Shown here: positions 29,624 through 39,614 of the stretch, piece by piece
Position numbering within the stretch: the stretch's first letter is position 1
Layout: each line of letters begins with the position of its first letter
IMG/VR virus record: IMGVR_UViG_3300020727_000006
DNA: 64,000 nucleotides
Source: an uncultured virus (IMG/VR IMGVR_UViG_3300020727_000006)
Taxonomy: Duplodnaviria; Heunggongvirae; Uroviricota; Caudoviricetes
Direction: 5' to 3' (one strand)
The notes under the pieces: generated by a model
Databases searched by the model: none
Told to the model about the DNA's origin: nothing
What the model saw: the letters and a program-made list of their open reading frames with translations, nothing else
Translations under genes and position numbers: made by a program

Positions 29624-30823
29624 TTAAATTCTTACCCAACGAGCGCCGCCAGGAGCAGTTTGATAAAGTACCCAACTATAAGAAGTACCAACCGCCAAGG
29701 TTGTTGGAGCATTGTTAATAACTGTTCCACTACCTGCAGTTGCGGTTAGCGTAGTAACTGCGCAGTTAGGAGTTACAGTTAACATTTGTCCATTAGATAC
29801 AGCAGTGTTTGCGGGGAATGTTAGGGTTGCAGAGGCAACAGTAGCGCCATTGGTACTATCGACAATAACTGTTCGCACATTGCTATATAGTGTAATGATT
29901 GTACTAACGCTTAAATTGGCAATTTGATAACCAACAGAAGTATTACCACTTGCAGTAAACGCACCAGAGATACTTACAGAATTAGCAAGTGCCCATGTAA
30001 CTGCGCCGTTGGCACTTTGCGTAATATTCATATTAGTGCCAGTGTTGTATACGGGTTGAATTGCCCACCAGTTATTTCCACTTTTGGCAATTAAACCTAG
30101 AGTTGAATATGGCGGAATTAAAGTTGGTATATTTGCAGCAGAGTTTTCAATTGCATGGCCAGCAGCAGGATAGACATTAATTGATACAGCAGTATTATTT
30201 GTAATACTAATTTCACGACCTTGAGTAGCAGCAGGCAATAAAATACCGCCAGTGCCGCCAGTAACAAAGATGTTATCTTGGTTAACTGCAGTTGCAGTGC
30301 CTTGGTTAGTGCCAGCAGCACTTACAATGGCAGATGAAAACAAAAATGGTCCACTTGTAATAGCGATAGTATTACTAATAGTAAGGTTACCTGCAGTTAT
30401 ATTTCCAGTTGCAATAACATTACCGATGTTAACATTTCCTGTTCCAGAAACTGAACCAGCAATAGTAAGGTTACCTGCAGTTATATTTCCAGTTGCAATA
30501 ACATTACCGATGTTAACATTTCCTGTTCCAGAAACTGAACCAGCAGTAGTAGCATAAGTTGCAGTAGTTGCTATAGTCGCAGTGCTTGCAGTTCCTGTTA
30601 AGTTACCCGTGATATTACCAGTGATATTACCAGTGACATTACCAATTACTGAACCGACTACAGTAATGCTATTTGCATAAAGATCAACATTTCCATTGAT
30701 GCCACTAGCAGATGGAGTTGTGAGATTAACAAAATTCGCATTAACTTTGTTAAAAGATGTTTGTAGCGGATCACCAGTTCCATCATTAGCATATGAACCA
30801 GTATTGATAATTTGTAGTCCCAT
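29624..30823 (-). CDS. Tail fiber/baseplate protein with T4 gp9/gp10-like N-terminal motif
   Basis: IINTG..ANDGTGDPL..SFNKVNANF; GN(I/V/L)T repeats. Confidence 0.75.
   Translation of the reverse strand: MGLQIINTGSYANDGTGDPLQTSFNKVNANFVNLTTPSASGINGNVDLYANSITVVGSVIGNVTGNITGNITGNLTGTASTATIATTATYATTAGSVSGTGNVNIGNVIATGNITAGNLTIAGSVSGTGNVNIGNVIATGNITAGNLTISNTIAITSGPFLFSSAIVSAAGTNQGTATAVNQDNIFVTGGTGGILLPAATQGREISITNNTAVSINVYPAAGHAIENSAANIPTLIPPYSTLGLIAKSGNNWWAIQPVYNTGTNMNITQSANGAVTWALANSVSISGAFTASGNTSVGYQIANLSVSTIITLYSNVRTVIVDSTNGATVASATLTFPANTAVSNGQMLTVTPNCAVTTLTATAGSGTVINNAPTTLAVGTSYSWVLYQTAPGGARWVRI
30377..30544. repeat. Perfect tandem duplication, 2 x 84 bp, in frame
   Basis: 30377-30460 is identical to 30461-30544 (AGSVSGTGNVNIGNVIATGNITAGNLTI x2). 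Confidence 0.95.
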
Positions 30824-30855
30824 AAAAAAACTCCTGCCAGATATTTAGCAGGAGT
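30824..30855 (-). terminator. Terminator-like hairpin with a late promoter in the loop and the SD in the 3' arm
   Basis: ACTCCTGC-TAAATATCTG-GCAGGAGT-TTTTTT-ATG. Confidence 0.7.
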
Positions 30856-30861
30856 AATTCT

Positions 30862-31416
30862 TTACTCTACATAGTAATATGTTAGAGTGTCTGTGTTAAA
30901 TTTTATTTTTCCTTTTTTATATAGATCAAAAACAAGAAGTTCAATTTGAGCGTGGCATTTATTATGTTCTTGAACTGAACATAAAAATAAATTATCTATA
31001 CTATTATTTTTTTTATCTCCATCTATATGATGAACAACCATACCTTTTGGTATTCTTTTTTTAATGTGATTTTCCATCACGACAATATGTTCTCTAACCC
31101 ACAATCCTCTGTTATATGGATACTCTGGACCAACATATATTTCTTTATATCCTTCATTGGGGCGCTCTCCCTTTTCTTTTGCTTTTTTTAATTTTTCTTT
31201 GACTGTTAATTTTTGACTTAAAGAAAATTTTGGACAATTATTACAATAGTGGGTATCTGTTTTAACTTTTAACTTTCCATCTTTTTCTCTTGTAAACTCT
31301 TGTTCACAATTATTACATTTAAAATGTAAAAAAGTTTTTGTTCTTTTAATTTTTACTATTTTTCCCCGTCTGTTTTCATCGTGAATATTTTCTATTTTGC
31401 GTTCGTAAAGAAACAT
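30862..31416 (-). CDS. HNH homing endonuclease
   Basis: CxxC pairs; EH.VME; VHHIDGDKKNNSIDNL..H...H. Confidence 0.88.
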   Translation of the reverse strand: MFLYERKIENIHDENRRGKIVKIKRTKTFLHFKCNNCEQEFTREKDGKLKVKTDTHYCNNCPKFSLSQKLTVKEKLKKAKEKGERPNEGYKEIYVGPEYPYNRGLWVREHIVVMENHIKKRIPKGMVVHHIDGDKKNNSIDNLFLCSVQEHNKCHAQIELLVFDLYKKGKIKFNTDTLTYYYVE

Positions 31417-31471
31417 TTAAATAAATCCTTTTTAAAGTTATTTATCCAAATGCTAATATATCTATACTATT

Positions 31472-31819
31472 CTAAATGCTTATGGATTTACCACATCCAC
31501 ATGAACTTTGACTCATAGGATTGTTAACGACAAGCTGGCTACTTACAAAGTCGCTTTTATAATCAATTTCACTGCCTAGCAGATACATGAGTGCAGTGCC
31601 GTCTACTATAAGACTCTTGCCTTCGCCTACGCTAATCATCTCATCAATTTGTGGTGAGCCATTTTGTGCATAAAGTTCATCATCGGCAGGTTCCCAGAAA
31701 TATTCAAATCCTGCACAACCGCCGCCTTTGAGACCAAATACCAGATATGGTTTATCCATATCAATGAGTACACGACGAATATGAGTTCTTGCTGCTTCTG
31801 TGATAGTTACTGCTTGCAT
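31472..31819 (-). CDS. IscA/HesB-family Fe-S cluster carrier
   Basis: GGGCAGFEY...SSCGCGKS. Confidence 0.92.
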   Translation of the reverse strand: MQAVTITEAARTHIRRVLIDMDKPYLVFGLKGGGCAGFEYFWEPADDELYAQNGSPQIDEMISVGEGKSLIVDGTALMYLLGSEIDYKSDFVSSQLVVNNPMSQSSCGCGKSISI

Positions 31820-31820
31820 T

Positions 31821-32036
31821 TCACTTAAACCTATATGTAATTCTTCCACGAGTCAAATCATATGGAGTTAATTCTACATTTACTCGATCATCTTGTATAA
31901 TCTTGATTTTATTTTTACGCATATTTCCACTGGCATAGGCAAGGATAATATGATTTTCTATATCCACACGGAATACTCCGTTTGGGAGAACCTCTACTAC
32001 CTTGCCTTCCATTGTTAGTAATTCTTCTTTTGCCAT
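31821..32036 (-). CDS. infA: Translation initiation factor IF-1
   Basis: [37 protein letters not shown]. Confidence 0.95.
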   Translation of the reverse strand: MAKEELLTMEGKVVEVLPNGVFRVDIENHIILAYASGNMRKNKIKIIQDDRVNVELTPYDLTRGRITYRFK

Positions 32037-32039
32037 GAA

Positions 32040-32531
32040 TTACTTATATTTCACCGACATACTATCACCTGTATCTGGATCAAACAGCGTAAAAGCATCA
32101 CTATCAGTAGGCGATGCAGGAGTTACCATTCCGCTATTCGACACAGTTATATTACCATAATATGTATCACTAACAAGTGCAGAAATTTCTTCTGCACTTA
32201 GTTGCGGTAATTGAGCAATAGAATCAGTAGTTAAACCCCAATTGTCATAGTTTCTGCCACGCTCATAAGTTTGTGCTGACCAATATGTACCTGTTTGTCT
32301 AGAAATGTTATCAAAATTAATATTATTTTTAAGTTTATCTATTTCACGACGCATATCTTGCAATTCGCGCCACATTTGTTCAAGTGGTCCAACTGGATTA
32401 ATATTCATACTATCTTCTACTACTTTGGTTAATACAACGGCTTGCTTAAATGCATCCTTAACAGTTGGATCATTTGACATTAAAACTGCGTCTAGTTCTC
32501 GCAGTTGTTCTACTAAATTAGTTCGCGCCAT
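32040..32531 (-). CDS. Hypothetical protein
   Basis: 163-aa ORF in operon. Confidence 0.65.
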   Translation of the reverse strand: MARTNLVEQLRELDAVLMSNDPTVKDAFKQAVVLTKVVEDSMNINPVGPLEQMWRELQDMRREIDKLKNNINFDNISRQTGTYWSAQTYERGRNYDNWGLTTDSIAQLPQLSAEEISALVSDTYYGNITVSNSGMVTPASPTDSDAFTLFDPDTGDSMSVKYK

Positions 32532-33090
32532 TGTCGAGTAAGTCCTTTCTACGATACAGTACAGTCATTCCAGGTTCCCAATACAAACTATCAACAATAT
32601 GCCATGGGTCATTTGTTTGAATAAAATGGTTAACACCAAAAACAATGCCAATTGGTTTGCCGCCTTCGCCTAGTTTTACATTTGGATCAGGCGTATGTGC
32701 ATTAGAGAAGGTATTGGTTATTGCAATATATCTACTAACTTTTGATTCAAATTTTTGACAAACACTGAATACAAAATTTCCTTCTGCAAAACTATCAACT
32801 AATAACATATCAGTTTCTGGAAGTTCTTCTTGATTTAATACTTGAATATTCTTAAAAATTAAATTAACTCCCATCTCGCTAGCCAGAGCGAGATAGTCAC
32901 TGATATCATGATCAATGTGGTCATATATGGTTATACTTTTTGGCTTTGCTGATATTGCTACTAAAGTGCTTACCCCACTTCCAAATCCAGCGATAGTAAT
33001 ATCGTTAACCTTGCGGCAATATTCTAAAAATCCAAACATTTGTGGATTTGTTTTGATATTCTCTGCGATGTTTTCATACAGTGCTTGCAT
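32518..33090 (-). CDS. Hypothetical, degenerate methyltransferase-like protein
   Basis: GFGSGVST..YD..DMLLVDS pattern. Confidence 0.45.
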   Translation of the reverse strand: MQALYENIAENIKTNPQMFGFLEYCRKVNDITIAGFGSGVSTLVAISAKPKSITIYDHIDHDISDYLALASEMGVNLIFKNIQVLNQEELPETDMLLVDSFAEGNFVFSVCQKFESKVSRYIAITNTFSNAHTPDPNVKLGEGGKPIGIVFGVNHFIQTNDPWHIVDSLYWEPGMTVLYRRKDLLDNGAN

Positions 33091-33361
33091 TATATTTTTC
33101 CTTGCATAAATTTAATAATACTTGATAGTGTTCCCATGCTTCCATGACCGCAGGATACTGTTCACGAATTATAGCGTCATAAAATGCATTTTCTACGATA
33201 TCGTTGACTGCATTTTTTGTAGTCCAAATTTCTTCACGATCATTGTGTGGCAGCATATTGATGCGTACACGAATTTCTTTTTCAGACTCACTATAACTTC
33301 CAAACGGACGACGAGTGACGGTTTTGCCACCGTCTGGACTTTCATAAATCCAAGAGGCCAT
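33074..33361 (-). CDS. Hypothetical protein
   Basis: IYESPDGGKTV.RR motif. Confidence 0.7.
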   Translation of the reverse strand: MASWIYESPDGGKTVTRRPFGSYSESEKEIRVRINMLPHNDREEIWTTKNAVNDIVENAFYDAIIREQYPAVMEAWEHYQVLLNLCKEKYNASTV

Positions 33362-33578
33362 TACGAATTCCTAATGTCTGTGGAGAATGATCAAGATATG
33401 GGTTACCATCTCGCCGTTCATAAAAATAAGCATCCTCATCATTAATGGTTATACTTAAGTCACTATGAAATATATCATAGTCAGTAAATTCGCCATCGCT
33501 ATGATAGACACGAAATACCCAGACTTCGCCTATTGGAAGTAGAACTCCACTTACGCCGTTTGCATTTTTTGGTTTCAT
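33342..33578 (-). CDS. Hypothetical protein
   Basis: ORF after a TTGACA-type promoter. Confidence 0.65.
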   Translation of the reverse strand: MKPKNANGVSGVLLPIGEVWVFRVYHSDGEFTDYDIFHSDLSITINDEDAYFYERRDGNPYLDHSPQTLGIRNGLLDL

Positions 33579-33616
33579 AGTACTAATATATGTATTAATT
33601 GGTTCAATGTCAATAA

Positions 33617-34042
33617 TTATTTTGAATGATTACGAAGTGCAGTAGTCAATTGACTTGGCGGTATTTGATTCATTTTATAACCATCATATACATGCTTTAG
33701 ATATTTCTGGGAAGGTTGTCTGCGTTCATCACCGTGCAATATCATAACATATGTAAGTGCTTTATATAATTTGCCTTTGTATAGCACTTCAATGACGGCA
33801 TGGTGGTAATCTTTACCGTCGCCTTCATAATAGTCTAACTGTTTTAGACCTTCATCACTCATTGCCCATAGCACACCATAGGTTTTTTCACCATCTGCCG
33901 CTACCATGTTAGTATAATGATTTAATTGTAACTGTTGATTTGGCGCAACTGCACGACCAATGCGCTTGGCATCTGGCACACGATTTTTTAATTCAGGAAT
34001 GTTTGTGTTATGCCCATAAGCAAAGTATAGAATGCGTTCCAT
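33617..34042 (-). CDS. Gamma-glutamylcyclotransferase (GGCT/AIG2-like)
   Basis: YFAYG, GVLW, LDYYEG, PSQKYL. Confidence 0.85.
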   Translation of the reverse strand: MERILYFAYGHNTNIPELKNRVPDAKRIGRAVAPNQQLQLNHYTNMVAADGEKTYGVLWAMSDEGLKQLDYYEGDGKDYHHAVIEVLYKGKLYKALTYVMILHGDERRQPSQKYLKHVYDGYKMNQIPPSQLTTALRNHSK

Positions 34043-34058
34043 CGGAAATATTTATAAT

Positions 34059-34085
34059 AAAAAAGGGGAAGTAAAAACTTCCCCT
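34059..34085 (-). terminator. Intrinsic terminator
   Basis: AGGGGAAGT/ACTTCCCCT stem with U-tract on the minus strand. Confidence 0.8.
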
Positions 34086-34113
34086 AATCAGTATTCATTC
34101 GAGTGTATAATAT

Positions 34114-34947
34114 TTAGTCGTTGCCTGGATCGCCCTTGCAAAGAGTCTTCTTTGCAGCAGCAACTGCCTTAAAGTCTACTGGCCATAGAGCAGGCTTTGC
34201 CTTCTTATCAGCGCCAGCAGGAAGAGGAATAGTCAAACCGCTTGCAGCTTCAACATCAGCCACACTAACCTGAACCTTAGTTAGGTCATTGCCCTGATTC
34301 TCAGCCTGTGGGAATAGGAACGCATAAACTTCCTTAGTCTGGGTATCAACTACAATCTTCCACATCTTGTTTGGAACTGTTACCTTGTTAGCACCGATTG
34401 TCTTATCCTTGCCAACTGTATAAATGTTGCCAGCATAGATGAGAAGTGTATGATTGCGTGAGAATGTCCATGCACCTGTTGAACCTTCAAGCAACTTCCA
34501 GATACCACGATTAAGACCTGGCAACTGGGGTGACATGTTACTCATCAAGAATGATTCATATTCAACTTGCTGATCCCATGACTGATGAGCATCATTGGCG
34601 ATATGTCCCTGATCATAGCCGCTAGCAGCATAATCGCTTGGCGCACTACGCTTGTCAGCAGGAAGAGCAGCATCAGCAACGAACGCATTAGAACGGGCTA
34701 CGCAGCCATTAACATGCTGTGGAGTGATTTCCCATGCTGCCCATAGTGGTTCCTTAGCAGCATTGTCATGCTGTACATAATAACCCTGACGGCAAAGTGG
34801 GGTAGTATCGTGTTTTTGTGTATCAGTAATCTTGCCATAAGGCATGAACGCAGCACAGACAGCATCTGGCTGATTTGGACGCTGATTCCAAGCATAAGCA
34901 AGAGTTGGAACCATAAGTGCGAGTAGAACTAGTAAAATCTTTTTCAT
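34114..34947 (-). CDS. Secreted DNA/RNA non-specific endonuclease (NucA/EndoG family)
   Basis: Signal peptide ending AYA; DQGH; SNMSPQ..LNRG.W..LE. Confidence 0.9.
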   Translation of the reverse strand: MKKILLVLLALMVPTLAYAWNQRPNQPDAVCAAFMPYGKITDTQKHDTTPLCRQGYYVQHDNAAKEPLWAAWEITPQHVNGCVARSNAFVADAALPADKRSAPSDYAASGYDQGHIANDAHQSWDQQVEYESFLMSNMSPQLPGLNRGIWKLLEGSTGAWTFSRNHTLLIYAGNIYTVGKDKTIGANKVTVPNKMWKIVVDTQTKEVYAFLFPQAENQGNDLTKVQVSVADVEAASGLTIPLPAGADKKAKPALWPVDFKAVAAAKKTLCKGDPGND

Positions 34948-34983
34948 TGAAGTTTCCTTTTTAGATAAGAATATTTAGGCAAT

Positions 34984-35015
34984 AAAAAAGCACCAGAGAA
35001 ATAAATCTCTGGTGC
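34984..35015 (-). terminator. Intrinsic terminator
   Basis: GCACCAGAGA/TCTCTGGTGC stem plus T6 on the minus strand. Confidence 0.85.
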
Positions 35016-35200
35016 CTGATTTATATTTCATTTATATTATTATTGTTTAGTTTTCTTTTACTCTACTATCATGCTAGTTATTTTACATTTATTATTTTTA
35101 ATTTATAAGCTAGTTATTATTTAAAGTTAGTTTTCAAAGTTAGTTTTTACTACTGTTTATTTTCTACGCTAGTTATAGGTGCCATTCAGAGTGACCCTAC
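34984..35200 (-). ncRNA. Candidate A-rich repeat sRNA (or origin-like element)
   Basis: No ORF in the track; 5' hairpin, six AWAACTAR motifs, 3' terminator. Confidence 0.4.
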
Positions 35201-35204
35201 ATCT

Positions 35205-35417
35205 TTATTTAGTATTTTCTTCATCTTCGAGAAAAATTATTTCTTGAAGTCTTTTGAATATAAAGGTGTATATATTTTCTACTTTACTATCTGACCATTT
35301 GATAGGTTTTGTTTCATGATGCATGGTTACTAACTCCCACCTGTCTTCGCCATACTTGTTTAATATTTGCCCATCAATGCACCAGTTTTTAATGACCAAA
35401 TACTCATACCATTGCAT
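35205..35417 (-). CDS. Small hypothetical protein (WYEY..LN.YG.D.WELV type)
   Basis: Coupled TAATG start. Confidence 0.55.
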   Translation of the reverse strand: MQWYEYLVIKNWCIDGQILNKYGEDRWELVTMHHETKPIKWSDSKVENIYTFIFKRLQEIIFLEDEENTK

Positions 35418-35653
35418 TAACACTTAATCCCAATGCCATTTAACATATCAACAGCAGTTTTTTTGCCTTTTTCAAGTTCAAATTCAATCATATCAAGCCA
35501 AATCGCGATAGCATCGCTTTCATCAAGGTGCTCAACCCACGCAAACCCTTCTTTATGTGTAAGTGGCTGAGTCCATGTATATTTTAAGGTAGGAAATTTT
35601 TTATCTTCCATTTTCAACTCCTAAGCTATTAGTAAAGTATAATACTAAAACAA

Positions 35654-36283
35654 TTAATTGTCAACGGATTTGTTTAGAATATCTGGATTGTTTTCTATGA
35701 ATGTTTTTATCGTATCAAATGAATCATGAAATTTAATTTGAAATATTTTACGAAGGCCATTATTTTCTATAGCATGTGTTTTAGTTGTGTCTAATAACCA
35801 TGCAGTGTTTGGCGTAGAATTATATGATAGCATAGTATCGCCATCTTTTACCCATGTATGCGCATTTGTGTCTTCGCATGCTACGATAAAATTTATGTTA
35901 CAGTGTCCTGCATTTTTTTCGCTGTCTTTCTTGCCGTCGATATGTGGTTTTACATAGGAATCATGTTCAAAATAAGAAAAGTTAACAAAATTTAAATTAT
36001 TTTTTAAAAAATGATCTTTGACATTTTTACTCCAAGGCAACATAGTTTCTAGAAAATGACCGCACCATGCTAACCAAGGTTTTCCATCAGTAAGATTATA
36101 ATTTGCAATAACGCTGCCGTTATTTTTTATACTATATATGTCTGCGCTATATGCAGCTTCATGTGTTACATGTTCTTCATACTTTCCTTCTTTGATCTTT
36201 GTGAAAAGATGCGCAGCTATCTTGTCAACTTTTGACCAGTCAGTATTTTTTAATAAATCGATATTTTTAATTTCGTAAAGCAT
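35654..36283 (-). CDS. 2OG-Fe(II) oxygenase/cupin-like protein
   Basis: PHID (HxD)...THAIEN...R. Confidence 0.6.
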   Translation of the reverse strand: MLYEIKNIDLLKNTDWSKVDKIAAHLFTKIKEGKYEEHVTHEAAYSADIYSIKNNGSVIANYNLTDGKPWLAWCGHFLETMLPWSKNVKDHFLKNNLNFVNFSYFEHDSYVKPHIDGKKDSEKNAGHCNINFIVACEDTNAHTWVKDGDTMLSYNSTPNTAWLLDTTKTHAIENNGLRKIFQIKFHDSFDTIKTFIENNPDILNKSVDN

Positions 36284-36769
36284 ATATTATTTAATATCTA
36301 TTTCACTATCCAATTTTCTTTGGTAATCTTCCACTACTTCACGAAGTGGATCAATCCTAACTAGTGCACGATTACCATTTGGTTTAATTTGTAAACGAAA
36401 TACATCACCATTCTTCCATCCCATTGATGCGATTGGTAATTGCTTATCTAATATAATACCGATTGGATGAATATCCCAATCGTAATCAAGTGCTAACATA
36501 GAAATTCCTTTATTAACTTTTTATTTAAGTTAACAAATTTCATTCTATTATTTTTTTACCAAGTCTCATAACTAGTTGCGTCAAGCCTTGCTATTTCTTC
36601 GCCTCTGTTGTCAAGAGCAATGGCATCAACTCTTTGACCGATGCCATTGCCGTTTGATACAATAATCTTTACACTCTTGGCGCTCATCATCAAATCGCTA
36701 TCAAGCCACTCTTTTATTTGAGCAATCTCAATCGGCAATAGATGAACGCCGCTAGATTTAGTTTTTTTC

Positions 36770-36964
36770 TTAGTCATTGCGCGGAAGCGAAGTTGCTTCC
36801 TTAACCAAATCAATAAGTTCATCAACTGATGCAACAATGATCTTTGAAGTCTTCCATTCATTATCTTCATCACGCCCACCAACTTCAATCATATATCCAT
36901 TGTCATACATATTGACACTAAAATTCTCATTAACGGTATTCAACTTGTCGCTAATCTTAGTCAT
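36770..36964 (-). CDS. Small hypothetical protein
   Basis: GGAG SD; YDNGYMIEVGG. Confidence 0.7.
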   Translation of the reverse strand: MTKISDKLNTVNENFSVNMYDNGYMIEVGGRDEDNEWKTSKIIVASVDELIDLVKEATSLPRND

Positions 36965-37020
36965 TGCCTTCTCCTATTGTTGATATATTAATAATACTAT
37001 TTTATAAAATAATTGTCAAA

Positions 37021-37389
37021 TTAAATTTGAAATTTATCAATTAAGTGCAACATATATTGAAATGATTTTGCAGAGTATCTGATCTTAAAAGTATATGTAC
37101 CAGCTATATTCATGTAACCAGATTTGTTTTTAATTCTATTACCAGAAACATCGCGGTAAACACCAAAATAATCTAGATATTTTAAACTTGTGTCATTAAC
37201 TTTTATTTGTCTTATTATTATTTCCCCACCAGTTAACTGAACATTAATTGTGGTTATTCCTAGCGGGTCATGATTGCAATAAAATGTATATATGTTATTT
37301 TTAATTTTAAACTTTTCGTATGGATTTACAGTATAAAAAGCCATATCATTGATGTTTTCAATTTCGATTGATATATTATTGATTTTCAT
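37021..37389 (-). CDS. Hypothetical protein
   Basis: Overlaps the radical SAM gene end. Confidence 0.55.
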   Translation of the reverse strand: MKINNISIEIENINDMAFYTVNPYEKFKIKNNIYTFYCNHDPLGITTINVQLTGGEIIIRQIKVNDTSLKYLDYFGVYRDVSGNRIKNKSGYMNIAGTYTFKIRYSAKSFQYMLHLIDKFQI

Positions 37390-38878
37390 AATATAATTTT
37401 TCCAAACTGTTTAATTCTTTTTGCCACTTGTCTATCGGAAATCCGCCTTGTTTTTGATATTTTAAATCTTCACACAATTGAACTAATTTTCTCCAACGAT
37501 CTAACCTAACGGGAAAAGTGTTACTTGGATTTACAGAACTAGTCCAAAATTTCTGATAATTGGGCTTACTGATATTATGTCCTAATCCATATTTTTTCAA
37601 TAACACAGGGTTATTCATAATAGGACTGTTATCAAGTAACGCAAATGTTGGAGTTAATCCATATGTTATCATGCCGTTCTTGTTTAAATGTGCATACTTT
37701 TTAAACATATCAAGTGTTAATTCAAAATCTTCATCAGTTTCACTTGGATATCCAACCATGACTAACCAAGATTGTGTAATACCTACTTTATGTAAAAGAT
37801 TTACACTCCAATCTAAATCATCATCGGTAAATTTTTTACCCATATCATATCTTATTTTTTCACTGCCGCTCTCTACACCGATACTCCACATAGTGCAACC
37901 AGCACGAGCAGCTAATTCAAAATCTTCAACTGGCATCTGATTCTTGCCACGAAAAATAGCATAGCCGCCATAATCTAATTGGCGCGGCGCGTCTCGCGCT
38001 AGTATCTCATTTATCTTGCGATAGTTGCTTACGCTGCCATTAATTAAATTATCAGTGAATCTAAATTTCTTTACACCTGTATTTCGCCAAAGTGATAAAA
38101 TTTCATTGGCAACTTTTTCTGGATTTCTGTGAATAAACTTTGGCCAAAAACTAGCAACATCACAAAAGCTGCAACTACGAACGCATCCTTTGCTAGCAGT
38201 TATAAAATAATGTGGCTCGTCATATTTTTGTTCTTGGTCTCTAAAATTAGATAATTTACTATAAATTTGTAGATCATAATCTGACCATTGAGATAGTGGA
38301 ATGTTATCTAAATCTTCTGCGGAAAGTTGATCAGCTATTATTAAACCGCTTTTGCTATTTTTAATAGCGGTTACTATTTCGTGTTCAGCATCTCCAACAA
38401 TAACTAAATCCGCTATTGCAGAATTTACAAATACATCATAATGCTTTGTTGAATTTTCGCTTGATACTGATACTTCAAGTCCTTTTCCACCTGCAATAAT
38501 TTTGCAATCAGGCAGATACCTACGAATCAAATAACTTAACACAAGTGAAAAATCTAAACTTTCACTTGTAAAAACACTTAATCCAATATATTCTGGATTA
38601 TGTTTTTGTTTAATATCTAGTAAAAATTTTCTTGTAAATTTTAAAATATCTAAGAGTGCACGACGAGGAAGTTTTTCGCTATGCAAATATCCATTGCATA
38701 ACATGTTTTTAAAACTAGGCCACCAAGCGCAATTGGCAAAGTTATCCAATAGTTTTATATTGAAATCTATGCCAACTGCGCTGATTGAATTTTTATTCAA
38801 GCATGCGCTTAATAATATTGGCGCAACTGCTGGATATGGTTCAAGGTAAGGGACGCTTAATATTACTACTCTGGTCAT
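37376..38878 (-). CDS. B12-binding radical SAM protein
   Basis: N-terminal cobalamin-binding-like domain; GCVRSCSFC; GVESGS; GYPSET. Confidence 0.88.
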   Translation of the reverse strand: MTRVVILSVPYLEPYPAVAPILLSACLNKNSISAVGIDFNIKLLDNFANCAWWPSFKNMLCNGYLHSEKLPRRALLDILKFTRKFLLDIKQKHNPEYIGLSVFTSESLDFSLVLSYLIRRYLPDCKIIAGGKGLEVSVSSENSTKHYDVFVNSAIADLVIVGDAEHEIVTAIKNSKSGLIIADQLSAEDLDNIPLSQWSDYDLQIYSKLSNFRDQEQKYDEPHYFITASKGCVRSCSFCDVASFWPKFIHRNPEKVANEILSLWRNTGVKKFRFTDNLINGSVSNYRKINEILARDAPRQLDYGGYAIFRGKNQMPVEDFELAARAGCTMWSIGVESGSEKIRYDMGKKFTDDDLDWSVNLLHKVGITQSWLVMVGYPSETDEDFELTLDMFKKYAHLNKNGMITYGLTPTFALLDNSPIMNNPVLLKKYGLGHNISKPNYQKFWTSSVNPSNTFPVRLDRWRKLVQLCEDLKYQKQGGFPIDKWQKELNSLEKLYYENQ

Positions 38879-38883
38879 AGCCC

Positions 38884-39210
38884 TTATTTAAAGACGCACC
38901 ATAGCGGTCCACCGTTTTTGTGACCATCACTAAAAGTAGTTTCGCCATAGGCTTCTTTTGTACGAACATTAAACGCCATCTTAAACCTGTTGCCAGTATC
39001 GCTTAACTCAACCACTGTTAGCCAAGGGTCTTCAAATGCACTGGCAGCACTGCGGAAACCTTTGGCATCCCACTGGATCATAGAAGTTCCGCCACTGCCT
39101 ACAACAGTAAAGTGTTCGCCGCTTTGGAAATAGCAGGTAAGCGTAGCAGGTTGGTCGGCCAATACAGGTGTAGCAAGCAGCAATGCGGCTGCTAATATAA
39201 TCTTTTTCAT
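38884..39210 (-). CDS. Secreted hypothetical protein
   Basis: Signal peptide MKKIILAAALLLATPVLA. Confidence 0.7.
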   Translation of the reverse strand: MKKIILAAALLLATPVLADQPATLTCYFQSGEHFTVVGSGGTSMIQWDAKGFRSAASAFEDPWLTVVELSDTGNRFKMAFNVRTKEAYGETTFSDGHKNGGPLWCVFK

Positions 39211-39614
39211 TTTAGTTTACTTTCTTACAAACTTGTTTACCATCTGCGCCCATGCGAGGCGTAAGTGAATAGCGATACAGATACTGACAGCCTGTTAGGT
39301 AATCGGTATAAACTTCCATATGGCTGTTTTCATGCGGACCATCGCTATCATCTCGTGGTTCATACGGCAGTGATGCCTGATAAATTGTCAGCACAAAAAT
39401 TGCGGCGCAACACAACATATAAAAAGACCACCAAGACCACCACTTAGAATACTTCTTCATCACTTCACATCCTTTTGTTTAATATTACCCCATTGGTCTT
39501 GCAGTACATAGCGTGTGCCGTGTGGGGTAGTATTAGTACCCCAGACCAGAGGGTATGTGTGTATAATAGTCCACTGGCTGCGTGTGAATAGTAAATCCCA
39601 TAGCCAACGCAACA

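Noticed and set aside
13858..32036. Bacterial chromosome origin suggested by clpA, dnaJ, infA and iscA
   Set aside because: These genes are interleaved with baseplate, spanin and clamp loader genes and T4-type late promoters, so the context is phage
35040..35180. Possible CRISPR array
   Set aside because: Repeats are only 8-9 nt and irregularly spaced, and there are no cas genes
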